A stretch of DNA of 64,000 bases from Anaerovoracaceae bacterium (GTDB lineage: Bacteria; Bacillota; Clostridia; Peptostreptococcales; Anaerovoracaceae), in assembly GCA_045578745.1 (NCBI GenBank), contig JAZNKW010000067.1:1987-65986 (forward strand). Reading direction: 5' to 3'. Each line of letters begins with the position of its first letter. Position 1 is the stretch's first letter. Below, piece after piece: positions 19,186 through 26,778 of this stretch. Below the pieces are notes generated by a model, which worked only from the letters and a program-made list of their open reading frames with translations, was not told the DNA's origin and searched no databases. The position numbers were made by a program, and so were the translations under genes.

Positions 19186-19287
19186 TGACAGTTTTATGCC
19201 GCAATCGCTTCCAAGCCACTCGGCTATGCCTCGCGGGGAAGCTTTGCGTAAGTTCGCTTTAGCTGAATCAGAGATTCAGAAGCTCAC

Positions 19288-20382
19288 TTAAGCGTTAGCC
19301 ATCTGCTTAGCTACTTCTTCAGCAAAGTTTTCTTCCTTCTTTTCGATACCTTCGCCTACTTCGAAACGAACTACCTTAGCGATAGTCAGTTCCTTGCTTA
19401 CGGAACCCAGGTACTGAGCTACAGTCTGCTTACCGTCTTCAGCTCTTACATAAGTCTGATCCAGCAGGCAGATGTCCTTTAACTGCTTGGAAACACGGCC
19501 GTCAACCAGACCAGTGAAGATCTTGTTACCGGAGATGTTTTCCTTGTCAGCTACAGCCAGAGCAGCCAGCTTAGCCTTAGCATCTTCGGACAGGAAGTTT
19601 GGTAAGTAGTTGAAGTTGAAGCCCTTGTCAGCTCTCTTTTCAGCTAATACAGCAACGTCTTCTTCAGCCCAAACGCCTTCAACAGCCTTGTCTAACAGAG
19701 CGTTTAAGATTGGCTTAGGCAGGGAGAATGGATCGTTTAATGCGCTTTCCAGAGTGATGTCGTGCATCTTAGCCAGTTCTTCAGCGGAAATGTCATTTCT
19801 GCTTACGTACTGAGGGTTCATTGCAGCGATCTGCATAGCAACGTTAGTTAAAGCTTCCTTTACAGCGTCAGTAGCTTCGCCGGTACCAGCTACGATAGCA
19901 CCGATTCTGCCGCCGCCGTGAACGTAGGAAGTAACAACATCAGCAGTTACCTTTTCCAGTCTTCTTACAGACAGGTTTTCACCAATCTTAGCAATCTTAG
20001 CAGTTAATACGTCAGCTACAGTACCTTCTTCCATGGACATAGCCTTGAAAGCTTCGATATCAGTAGTTTCAGCAGTTAATGCCAGCTTCGCCAGATCTTC
20101 TACGAACTGTACGAATTCTTCGTTCTTGGAAACGAAGTCTGTTTCAGAGTTAACTTCAACGATAGCAGCAGTCTTGCCGTCTGCAGCGAAAGCAATCTTT
20201 ACCAGACCTTCAGCAGCGATTCTGCCAGCCTTCTTAGCAGCCTTTGCCAGACCCTTTTCTCTTAAATAATCAACTGCAGCTTCAATGTTGCCGTCAGTTT
20301 CAACCAGCGCCTTCTTGCAGTCCATCATGCCAGCGCCTGTCATTTCTCTTAACTCTTTTACTAATGCAGCAGTTACAGCCAT
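19288..20382 (-). CDS. tsf: Translation elongation factor Ts (unusually long, 364 aa)
   Basis: LVKELREMTGAGMMDCKKAL is the UBA-like N-terminus. VNSETDFVSKNEEF and RFEVGEGIEKKEENFAEEV are also present. It lies directly downstream of rpsB. Confidence 0.95.
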   Translation of the reverse strand: MAVTAALVKELREMTGAGMMDCKKALVETDGNIEAAVDYLREKGLAKAAKKAGRIAAEGLVKIAFAADGKTAAIVEVNSETDFVSKNEEFVQFVEDLAKLALTAETTDIEAFKAMSMEEGTVADVLTAKIAKIGENLSVRRLEKVTADVVTSYVHGGGRIGAIVAGTGEATDAVKEALTNVAMQIAAMNPQYVSRNDISAEELAKMHDITLESALNDPFSLPKPILNALLDKAVEGVWAEEDVAVLAEKRADKGFNFNYLPNFLSEDAKAKLAALAVADKENISGNKIFTGLVDGRVSKQLKDICLLDQTYVRAEDGKQTVAQYLGSVSKELTIAKVVRFEVGEGIEKKEENFAEEVAKQMANA

Positions 20383-20398
20383 TTTCGGTCCTCCTAAA

Positions 20399-21130
20399 TT
20401 ATTCTTCAGTTGCTTCTACAGCTTCTACAGTACCTTCGTCAAAGCTTTCGCCCTGGTTAGCTTCGATGATAGCGTCAGCCATTCTGCCAGCGATCAGCTT
20501 AACAGCTCTGATAGCATCATCGTTTGCTGGGATTACGTAGTCAACATCGTCTGGGTCACAGTTAGTGTCAACGATACCGATGATAGGAATACCCAGAATT
20601 CTAGCTTCCTTAACAGCGATTCTTTCCTTCTTAGGGTCTACGATGAACAGTGCGCCAGGCATGCCCTTCATATCCTTCATACCGCCCAGGTACTTTTCCA
20701 GCTTTTCCATTTCGCCTCTCAGCTTGGTAACTTCCTTCTTGGACAGCTTTTCGAAAGTGCCGTCTTCTTCCATAGTCTTGATAGCGTTCAGTCTAGCAAT
20801 TCTGGTGTTGATAGTCTTGTGGTTAGTCAGCATACCACCCAGCCATCTTTCGGATACGAAGAACTGACCGCATCTTCTAGCTTCGTCCATGATAGCCTGC
20901 TGAGCCTGCTTCTTGGTACCTACGAACAGAACTGGCTTGCCAGTAGCTGCAACTTCCTTCATGAAGTCGTAAGCTTCGTCGATCTTCTTTACAGTCTTCT
21001 GTAAGTCGATGATGTAAATACCGTTTCTTTCAGTGAAGATGTAAGGAGCCATCTTAGGGTTCCATCTTCTTGTCTGGTGACCAAAGTGTACACCAGCTTC
21101 GAGTAACTGTTTCATAGAAATTACTGCCAT
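20399..21130 (-). CDS. rpsB: 30S ribosomal protein S2
   Basis: [28 protein letters not shown] chose the ATG at 21130, which lies 9 nt after an AGGAGG RBS. The upstream part of the ORF-track call is leader sequence. Confidence 0.97.
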   Translation of the reverse strand: MAVISMKQLLEAGVHFGHQTRRWNPKMAPYIFTERNGIYIIDLQKTVKKIDEAYDFMKEVAATGKPVLFVGTKKQAQQAIMDEARRCGQFFVSERWLGGMLTNHKTINTRIARLNAIKTMEEDGTFEKLSKKEVTKLRGEMEKLEKYLGGMKDMKGMPGALFIVDPKKERIAVKEARILGIPIIGIVDTNCDPDDVDYVIPANDDAIRAVKLIAGRMADAIIEANQGESFDEGTVEAVEATEE

Positions 21131-21312
21131 TTTTAAATTCCTCCTGGTTTTTGAACTTCCACCCATTGTCTTTTTTACCACTTGCAGCTTTTCCTCCTTC
21201 TTTTCAGGGCAAAGCTTACTTGCACCCTTATGTCAGGGAATCGTGGCAACCTCATTTTCATGGGTGTGTAAAATAATATTGATAGTATGTGTCCTTATGA
21301 CACACCCCAAAT

Positions 21313-21341
21313 ACTATACTATAAACCTGCTTCAATTGCAA
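21313..21341 (-). promoter_or_regulatory. Candidate promoter for rpsB-tsf
   Basis: The minus strand reads TTGCAA, a 17-nt spacer, then TATAGT. This would give a leader of about 180 nt. Confidence 0.45.
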
Positions 21342-21367
21342 GTTTTTTCTTCAAAAAATGTTGAAAA

Positions 21368-21697
21368 TTACAGAAGTTTTTTCAGGTATGCAGTGTAATA
21401 CTGTTTCGCCCGGATGAAGTTATCTCTTCCCATGAGAATCGGTTCCCCATTGGTCATATAAATTCGTTGGTCTTCCATGCGAAGAACCTTGTCCAGATTG
21501 ATAATGCACCCTCTCAGGCAGGCAAAAAATCTCCGGTCAAGCACCTGTGAAACCGGTTCCAGTTTCCCGTAATATTCATATACTTCCTTATCCGTCACCA
21601 GCATAATCTTGCGTGCTTTCTTCATTATATATACAATTTCATCCGGCAAAATCTTCCGTACACATTGTTTCGTCACCAGGGGTACATATTTTTCCAT
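21368..21697 (-). CDS. Stand-alone LytTR-domain DNA-binding protein (no receiver domain)
   Basis: The 109-aa ORF is entirely LytTR-like: ILPDEIVYIMKKARKIMLVTDKEVYEYYGKL...FFACLRGCIINLDKV. Confidence 0.8.
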   Translation of the reverse strand: MEKYVPLVTKQCVRKILPDEIVYIMKKARKIMLVTDKEVYEYYGKLEPVSQVLDRRFFACLRGCIINLDKVLRMEDQRIYMTNGEPILMGRDNFIRAKQYYTAYLKKLL

Positions 21698-21953
21698 GAA
21701 GTATCTCCTTCTCCTATTATGTATCGGTATATTCCTTTCTATTCTAACATGTAAATTTCTTCCTGTTTTCTTTTTTTCTCGTCAGCTTTCTTCCCAAACT
21801 GTCAAAATTCGACAGTTTGACCTCCAGTTTTGCTCGGTTTGTGTTGTTTTTTTATATTTTCCTTTCTGCATCAGGATTTTCTGCTGGCGCCTCGTCACAA
21901 AATGTGTTAAAATGTTGCTGATTTTATTTGTAACAAATCGGAGGACACAACGA

Positions 21954-22259
21954 ATGTTTGAAAAAGTATACAGATTTATGTTATGGGTTGGTATTTTCTT
22001 CGCCTGCCTGTACTTCCCAACCAGAATCAGCATTTTCGGCTTCATCGGAGGAATGATTATCTTCATTCTTGCCATCATTACCGTAATTCATGACTACAAG
22101 CACGGAACCATGCCGTTCCAGAAGCAGCGGGAATTTCTCCGCGAACAGGGTCTTTCTCTGAGAAAATCTGATATCAAAAGAAATACACAGAAAAAAGAAA
22201 TCGCAGACCCTCATGCAGGTATGAAGCGAGTAAAGAAAAGAGACATCGATAATAAGTAA
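21954..22259 (+). CDS. Hypothetical small membrane protein (101 aa; two predicted TM helices plus a basic tail)
   Basis: A GGAGGA RBS (21940-21945) lies 8 nt before the ATG. The sequence begins MFEKVYRFMLWVGIFFACLYFP...GGMIIFILAIITVIH and continues into a Lys/Arg-rich tail. A terminator follows. Confidence 0.5.
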   Translation: MFEKVYRFMLWVGIFFACLYFPTRISIFGFIGGMIIFILAIITVIHDYKHGTMPFQKQREFLREQGLSLRKSDIKRNTQKKEIADPHAGMKRVKKRDIDNK

Positions 22260-22266
22260 AAATGAG

Positions 22267-22297
22267 ACGCAGTCAGGAATGGCTGCGCCTTTTTTTA
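22267..22297 (+). terminator. Terminator after the small membrane protein gene
   Basis: A CGCAGTC/GGCTGCG stem followed by CC-TTTTTTT. Confidence 0.55.
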
Positions 22298-22319
22298 GCC
22301 ATAAACAGGAGGTATAAAT

Positions 22320-23507
22320 ATGAACAGACAGCAGATCCGGGAACTGACAGATAAAATTTATCCTGAGGTCGTAAGAATCCGCCGCCATTTCCATGAAAAC
22401 GCGGAAGTCAGTGAGCACGAGGAGGAAACCTGCCAGTATATTCTTGACTATCTGAATACAGAAGGTATTGAATGCCGCCGCATCGCAAAAAACGGTGTGG
22501 TTGCCACCCTATACGGAAACGGTCAATCCAAAAAGACCGTCGGCATCCGGGCCGATATCGATGCTTTGCCGATTACGGAAAAAACAGGTCTGCCTTTTGC
22601 ATCCAAACGGCCGGGTGCCATGCATGCCTGCGGTCATGATATGCATGCTGCCATTCTGCTTGGATCAGCCATCGCACTGAATCAGGTAAAGGAACAGCTG
22701 CCGGGCAATGTTAAGTTCTTCTTCCAGCCGGCAGAAGAAACCATCGGCGGCGCAGAACAGATGATAAAAGAAGGATGTCTGGAAAATCCAAAGGTAGACA
22801 TCAGTCTGGCCCTGCACATGGATGAAAAATATCCGGTGGGCCAGTTCAGCTTCCGCTACGGACCGATGTACGCTTCAACCACAGAATTTGCAGTCCATGT
22901 AAAAGGTACCGCCTGCCATGGTGCTCATCCTGACATGGGGGCCGATGCCATCATCATGGCCGGCAATCTGGTCAGTGCATTCCAGACCATTATCAGCCGC
23001 AACATGGATCCCACAGATCCGCTGGTTATCACCATCGGAACGATTCACGGCGGAACTGCCGAAAACATCGTAACCGGAGAGGTCACCATGACCGGTACTA
23101 TCCGCAGTCTGAACCTGGAGCACAGAGATTTTGCAAAGAAACGGATGGTGGAAATTGCAGACGCCATTACGGCAGCCTACGGAGGCAGCTGTGAAATCGA
23201 GTTCTTCGACAGTTATCCGCCGCTGGTCAATGACAAATACCTTACCGATATTATGACTGCACTGACGGAAGAAGAGTTCGGACCGGAAAGCGTGATTCTC
23301 CGTGACAGAGCAAGCATGGGGGCAGACGATTTCGCCTATTTCTGTCAGGCAGTGCCGTCCACTTACTGGACTGTAGGCGCTGCTGTAGAGAAAGAAGAAG
23401 ACCGCGCACCGCTCCATAATGAGTATCTGATCCTGGAAGAAGAAGCCATGAGAAACGGACTTTATCTGGAACTGGCAGGCGTTTTTTCTCTGCTAAATCA
23501 TGCGTAA
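22320..23507 (+). CDS. M20D family amidohydrolase (N-acyl-L-amino-acid amidohydrolase / hippurate hydrolase-like)
   Basis: RRHFHENAEVS, MHACGHDMH and FFFQPAEE are M20D hallmarks. An AGGAGG RBS lies upstream. Confidence 0.9.
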   Translation: MNRQQIRELTDKIYPEVVRIRRHFHENAEVSEHEEETCQYILDYLNTEGIECRRIAKNGVVATLYGNGQSKKTVGIRADIDALPITEKTGLPFASKRPGAMHACGHDMHAAILLGSAIALNQVKEQLPGNVKFFFQPAEETIGGAEQMIKEGCLENPKVDISLALHMDEKYPVGQFSFRYGPMYASTTEFAVHVKGTACHGAHPDMGADAIIMAGNLVSAFQTIISRNMDPTDPLVITIGTIHGGTAENIVTGEVTMTGTIRSLNLEHRDFAKKRMVEIADAITAAYGGSCEIEFFDSYPPLVNDKYLTDIMTALTEEEFGPESVILRDRASMGADDFAYFCQAVPSTYWTVGAAVEKEEDRAPLHNEYLILEEEAMRNGLYLELAGVFSLLNHA

Positions 23508-23563
23508 TGTAAAGAAATATGTAGTTTTTGTGAAGTTTTTTGCTAACCGTTTGTTAATTTTTC

Positions 23564-23592
23564 TTTACACCTTTTTCAAAGTAAGGTATAAT
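23564..23592 (+). promoter_or_regulatory. Candidate promoter for the first yfcC-like gene
   Basis: TTTACA, a 17-nt spacer, then TATAAT. A 7-bp 5'-UTR hairpin, ACGTATG/CATACGT, follows. Confidence 0.5.
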
Positions 23593-23663
23593 TAATGAGC
23601 AGACGTATGTAACCATACGTGTAATTATCATTTTCAACTTTATATTATTTGGAGGCAAATAAA

Positions 23664-25061
23664 ATGACTGAAAAGAAGAAAAAAAGCAATCTTAATGCTT
23701 TCGTCCTGCTTCTGATCATCATGCTGATTGCTGCTATTCTGACATGGATCGTTCCAGCTGGTCAGTTCGAAAGAGCTGAAGACCCTAACACCGGCAGAAT
23801 GGTAGTAGTTCCTGGCACTTATCAGACAGTTGAAAGCACTCCTATCGGCGTTATCCAGTTCGTAACCTCTATCTATGCAGGTTTCATGGATGCTGCTGAC
23901 ATCACATTCTTCATTATCTTCGCATCTACTTATGTATTCCTGCTGAACAAGTCCGGCACTCTGACCGCAGCTTGCGGCGCTATGCTGAGACTGGTAGGCG
24001 ACAGAGACAACCTGATTATTCCAATCTTCATGACTCTGTTCGCTATCGGTGGTACTACTTTCGGTATGTACGAAGAAACTTACGCTCTGATTCCTGCGTT
24101 CATCATCATTGCAATGACTCTGGGTTATGACAGAATCGTTGGTGGTGCTATCGTATTCGTTGGTGTAGCTACCGGTTTCGCTGCTGCTACTATCAACCCA
24201 TTCACCATCGGTGTTGCTGCAGGTGTTGCTGGCGTTCCTCTGACTGAACCTAAGGTTCTGATCTTCAGAATCGTTGCTTTCGTAGCATTCCTGGTTCTGG
24301 TTATCGCTTACACCATGGCATATGCATCCAAGGTTAAGAAGGACCCTACTAAGTCCATCGTTTACGGTCTGCCTCAGGAAGAAACTAAGCACCTGAAGGC
24401 TAAGGACGAAATCCTGAACATGCCTTTCACTGGCCGTCAGAAGATCGCTATGGTTGGCTTCGCAGCTCTGATCGTTATCCTGACTTGGGGTATCATCACT
24501 GCTGGTTGGTGGTTCCAGGAAATCGCATCCCTGTTCCTGGTATTCTTCGTTGCTACTGGCCTGCTGCTGGGCTATGGTCCAAATGAACTGGGTAACCTGT
24601 TCGTTGAATCCTCCAAGGAAACTATCTACGGTGCTCTGATCGTAGGTATGGCTAGAGGTATCTCCGTAGTTCTGACTGCTGGTGGTATCATCGATACTAT
24701 CGTATTCGCTCTGGGTAACCTGGTATCCAGCCTGCCAACAGCTCTGACTGGTATTGGTATGCTGATCGTACAGAACCTGATCAACCTGTTCATTCCTTCC
24801 GGTTCCGGTCAGGCTGTAGTAACTATGCCTATCATGGCTCCTCTGGCTGACGTAGTTGGTATCTCCCGTCAGATGGCTTGCGTAGCTTATCAGTTCGGTG
24901 ATGGTTTCTCCAACATGTTCTGGCCTACAGGTGTTGCTACTATCTGTGGTTTCATGTCCATCTCCCTGGCTCACTGGTACAAGTTCGTTACCAAGCTGTT
25001 CGCTATGATGTTCGCACTGCAGTGCGTATTCATGGTAGCTGGTATCATGATCGGTATCTAA
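23664..25061 (+). CDS. YfcC family (DcuC/C4-dicarboxylate anaerobic carrier-like) transporter, paralog 1
   Basis: 465-aa polytopic protein with KVKKDPTKSI and GSGQAVVTMPIMAPLAD motifs shared with paralog 2. A GGAGG RBS lies upstream. Codon use appears strongly biased. Confidence 0.85.
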   Translation: MTEKKKKSNLNAFVLLLIIMLIAAILTWIVPAGQFERAEDPNTGRMVVVPGTYQTVESTPIGVIQFVTSIYAGFMDAADITFFIIFASTYVFLLNKSGTLTAACGAMLRLVGDRDNLIIPIFMTLFAIGGTTFGMYEETYALIPAFIIIAMTLGYDRIVGGAIVFVGVATGFAAATINPFTIGVAAGVAGVPLTEPKVLIFRIVAFVAFLVLVIAYTMAYASKVKKDPTKSIVYGLPQEETKHLKAKDEILNMPFTGRQKIAMVGFAALIVILTWGIITAGWWFQEIASLFLVFFVATGLLLGYGPNELGNLFVESSKETIYGALIVGMARGISVVLTAGGIIDTIVFALGNLVSSLPTALTGIGMLIVQNLINLFIPSGSGQAVVTMPIMAPLADVVGISRQMACVAYQFGDGFSNMFWPTGVATICGFMSISLAHWYKFVTKLFAMMFALQCVFMVAGIMIGI

Positions 25062-25113
25062 TCCAAAAGTACGACACGAAACTTTTACACTTTTGATAAT
25101 TACATAGCAACTT

Positions 25114-25142
25114 AAAAGGCGGTCCCTGCGACCGCCTTTTTT
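25114..25142 (+). terminator. Terminator after yfcC paralog 1
   Basis: A GGCGGTC/GACCGCC stem followed by TTTTTT. Confidence 0.8.
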
Positions 25143-25156
25143 ATTATGTGATTCGA

Positions 25157-25188
25157 AAAGAAAAGACCGGCAGCAATGCCGGTCTTTT
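25157..25188 (-). terminator. Terminator after the D-aminoacylase gene
   Basis: A GACCGGCA/TGCCGGTC stem flanked by A and T runs. Confidence 0.8.
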
Positions 25189-25205
25189 GATATATTCAGT
25201 TTACT

Positions 25206-26573
25206 TTACTGTTCAAATGGCATGAATCTGCCCAATCTGTCATTTACCTTCTTACCGTCTGCGATTGCTTTCTGTCCGCCAATCAGCACATATTCGATGC
25301 CTACAGGGCCTTCCAGATGTGCAAAGTCCGCCTTATCGATGATGGTTTCCGGATCAAAGATTACGATATCGCCATCAGCGCCTACAGACAGCTGTCCTTT
25401 CACAGCCTCAAGACCCAGACGTTTTGCCGGTTCCAGGGTCATCTTGCGGAGTGCATCCACCATGGATACAACCTTATCCTCGCGAACGTACTTACCCAGT
25501 ACTCTTGGGAAAGTACCAGCCGCACGCGGATGTCCGTTGCCGTTGTTGATGATACCGTCGGATGCCACCATACCGTTCTTATTGGCAATCGCCGCAGCGA
25601 TTTCTTCTTCATTCATTACGAAGGCTACTGCCAGCATTCCCGGATAGTTTTCTCTTGCATCTTTGAAGATTTCTTCTGTACAGTACACATTCTTATATGG
25701 GTCATCAGTCAGCAGAATACTGTCATAGTCCTTCTTCCATGCATCCAGGCAGCCATCCTCAAATACAGCAGATCCCATTGTGGTGGAGAAAGCGTTATAA
25801 GGATATGTATCATAGTTCAGCTTCGGATTGGTTTCCATGGCCTTATTGATGCACTCTAAAGAAGGCTGCATCTGTCCGATCGCAGAACAGCTGGACAGAT
25901 GAGAAATCTGGAACTTCTGCGGAATCGCTGCAGACAGTTTCACCATCTCATCAATGGATGCAATATCATCAATACAGTCTGCACGGTAATGTGCAGATAC
26001 CAGATGGTTTGGATTGTCAGATGCACCGCAGGCAAAGAGCATTTCATCATAAGTGATACCCGGGTCATATTCAATACCGAAGGAGAATCCCCATGCCCCT
26101 TCTGCCAGTTCTTCCTGAATGGATTTCTTCAGTTCTTCCATCTGTTCCTGTGTCGCATGTTCATAGCGGCCGATTCCCATCTTAACACGGAATGTATTAT
26201 ATCCTGCCAGCATCACATAATTTACCGGTGCTCCGCCCAGTTCTTCCAGAACCGCCTTGAATTCAGACATTCTCTGATACTGTTCACCGCAGTTTCCGCC
26301 GACAGCAGTAGTAACACCCATATCCAGCATCATCTGAGAAATGGAATATTTCTTTCCCTCTGTCAGGAATTTTTCTTCATGCATGTGAATATCAATAAAA
26401 CCAGGGGATACTACCTTACCTGCAGCATCAATCACTTCAGCTGCTTCAGGCAGTTCTTCACCTGCCGCGCCAATCCAGGCAATCTTACCGTCCTTCACAC
26501 CGATATCCTTCTGAATCATTTCACCTGCTTCATAATCCGGGCAGGAACCGTTTATAATCAGTAAATCCAGCAT
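25206..26573 (-). CDS. Amidohydrolase-superfamily N-acyl-D-amino-acid deacylase (D-aminoacylase)-like protein
   Basis: SPGFIDIHMHEE is the metal-binding HxH motif. The length (455 aa) and overall pattern are typical of D-aminoacylases. Confidence 0.8.
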   Translation of the reverse strand: MLDLLIINGSCPDYEAGEMIQKDIGVKDGKIAWIGAAGEELPEAAEVIDAAGKVVSPGFIDIHMHEEKFLTEGKKYSISQMMLDMGVTTAVGGNCGEQYQRMSEFKAVLEELGGAPVNYVMLAGYNTFRVKMGIGRYEHATQEQMEELKKSIQEELAEGAWGFSFGIEYDPGITYDEMLFACGASDNPNHLVSAHYRADCIDDIASIDEMVKLSAAIPQKFQISHLSSCSAIGQMQPSLECINKAMETNPKLNYDTYPYNAFSTTMGSAVFEDGCLDAWKKDYDSILLTDDPYKNVYCTEEIFKDARENYPGMLAVAFVMNEEEIAAAIANKNGMVASDGIINNGNGHPRAAGTFPRVLGKYVREDKVVSMVDALRKMTLEPAKRLGLEAVKGQLSVGADGDIVIFDPETIIDKADFAHLEGPVGIEYVLIGGQKAIADGKKVNDRLGRFMPFEQ

Positions 26574-26680
26574 AACTTATCACTCCTGTTCTGCAAATTT
26601 TGCTGTGCCACAGAGGCACCTCATACTTATACAAATTATACTCCTTTATGGCAAGGTTCGTCAACAAATACAATTTATAC

Positions 26681-26709
26681 TTGCATATTTTGTACAAATC
26701 ATGTATTAT
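26681..26709 (+). promoter_or_regulatory. Candidate promoter for yfcC paralog 2, with a palindromic spacer
   Basis: TTGCAT, a 17-nt spacer, then TATTAT. The spacer contains the perfect palindrome TTTGTACAAA (26689-26698). Confidence 0.5.
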
Positions 26710-26778
26710 ATACAGGATTGTGCTTTTTTCAGTCCAATCGTGAGAGAACTTTTTAAATCAAAATGGGAGGAAATTTTA

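Noticed and set aside
19205-19260. A tRNA-like string (GCATAGCCGAGTGGCTTGG) downstream of tsf; a possible tRNA gene or fragment.
   Set aside because: It has no acceptor stem, anticodon arm or GTTCGAATC-type T-arm, and a cloverleaf cannot be built. I kept it only as part of a structured 3' region.
21609-21953. The N-terminal 115-aa extension of ORF 21609-22259, including a signal-peptide-like MKYLLLLLCIGIF that starts back-to-back with the LytTR start codon.
   Set aside because: The extension lies in the AT-rich promoter region and overlaps the LytTR gene. It has no RBS. A good GGAGGA RBS precedes the internal ATG at 21954, so only the 101-aa version is called.
23640-24974. A 444-aa antisense ORF opposite yfcC paralog 1. 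A similar 512-aa antisense ORF lies at 26776-28314 opposite paralog 2.
   Set aside because: The explanation is the same codon-bias artefact. The products are Ser/Asp/Gln/Asn-rich nonsense, whereas the sense strand encodes coherent 12-plus-TM transporters with RBS, promoter and terminator.
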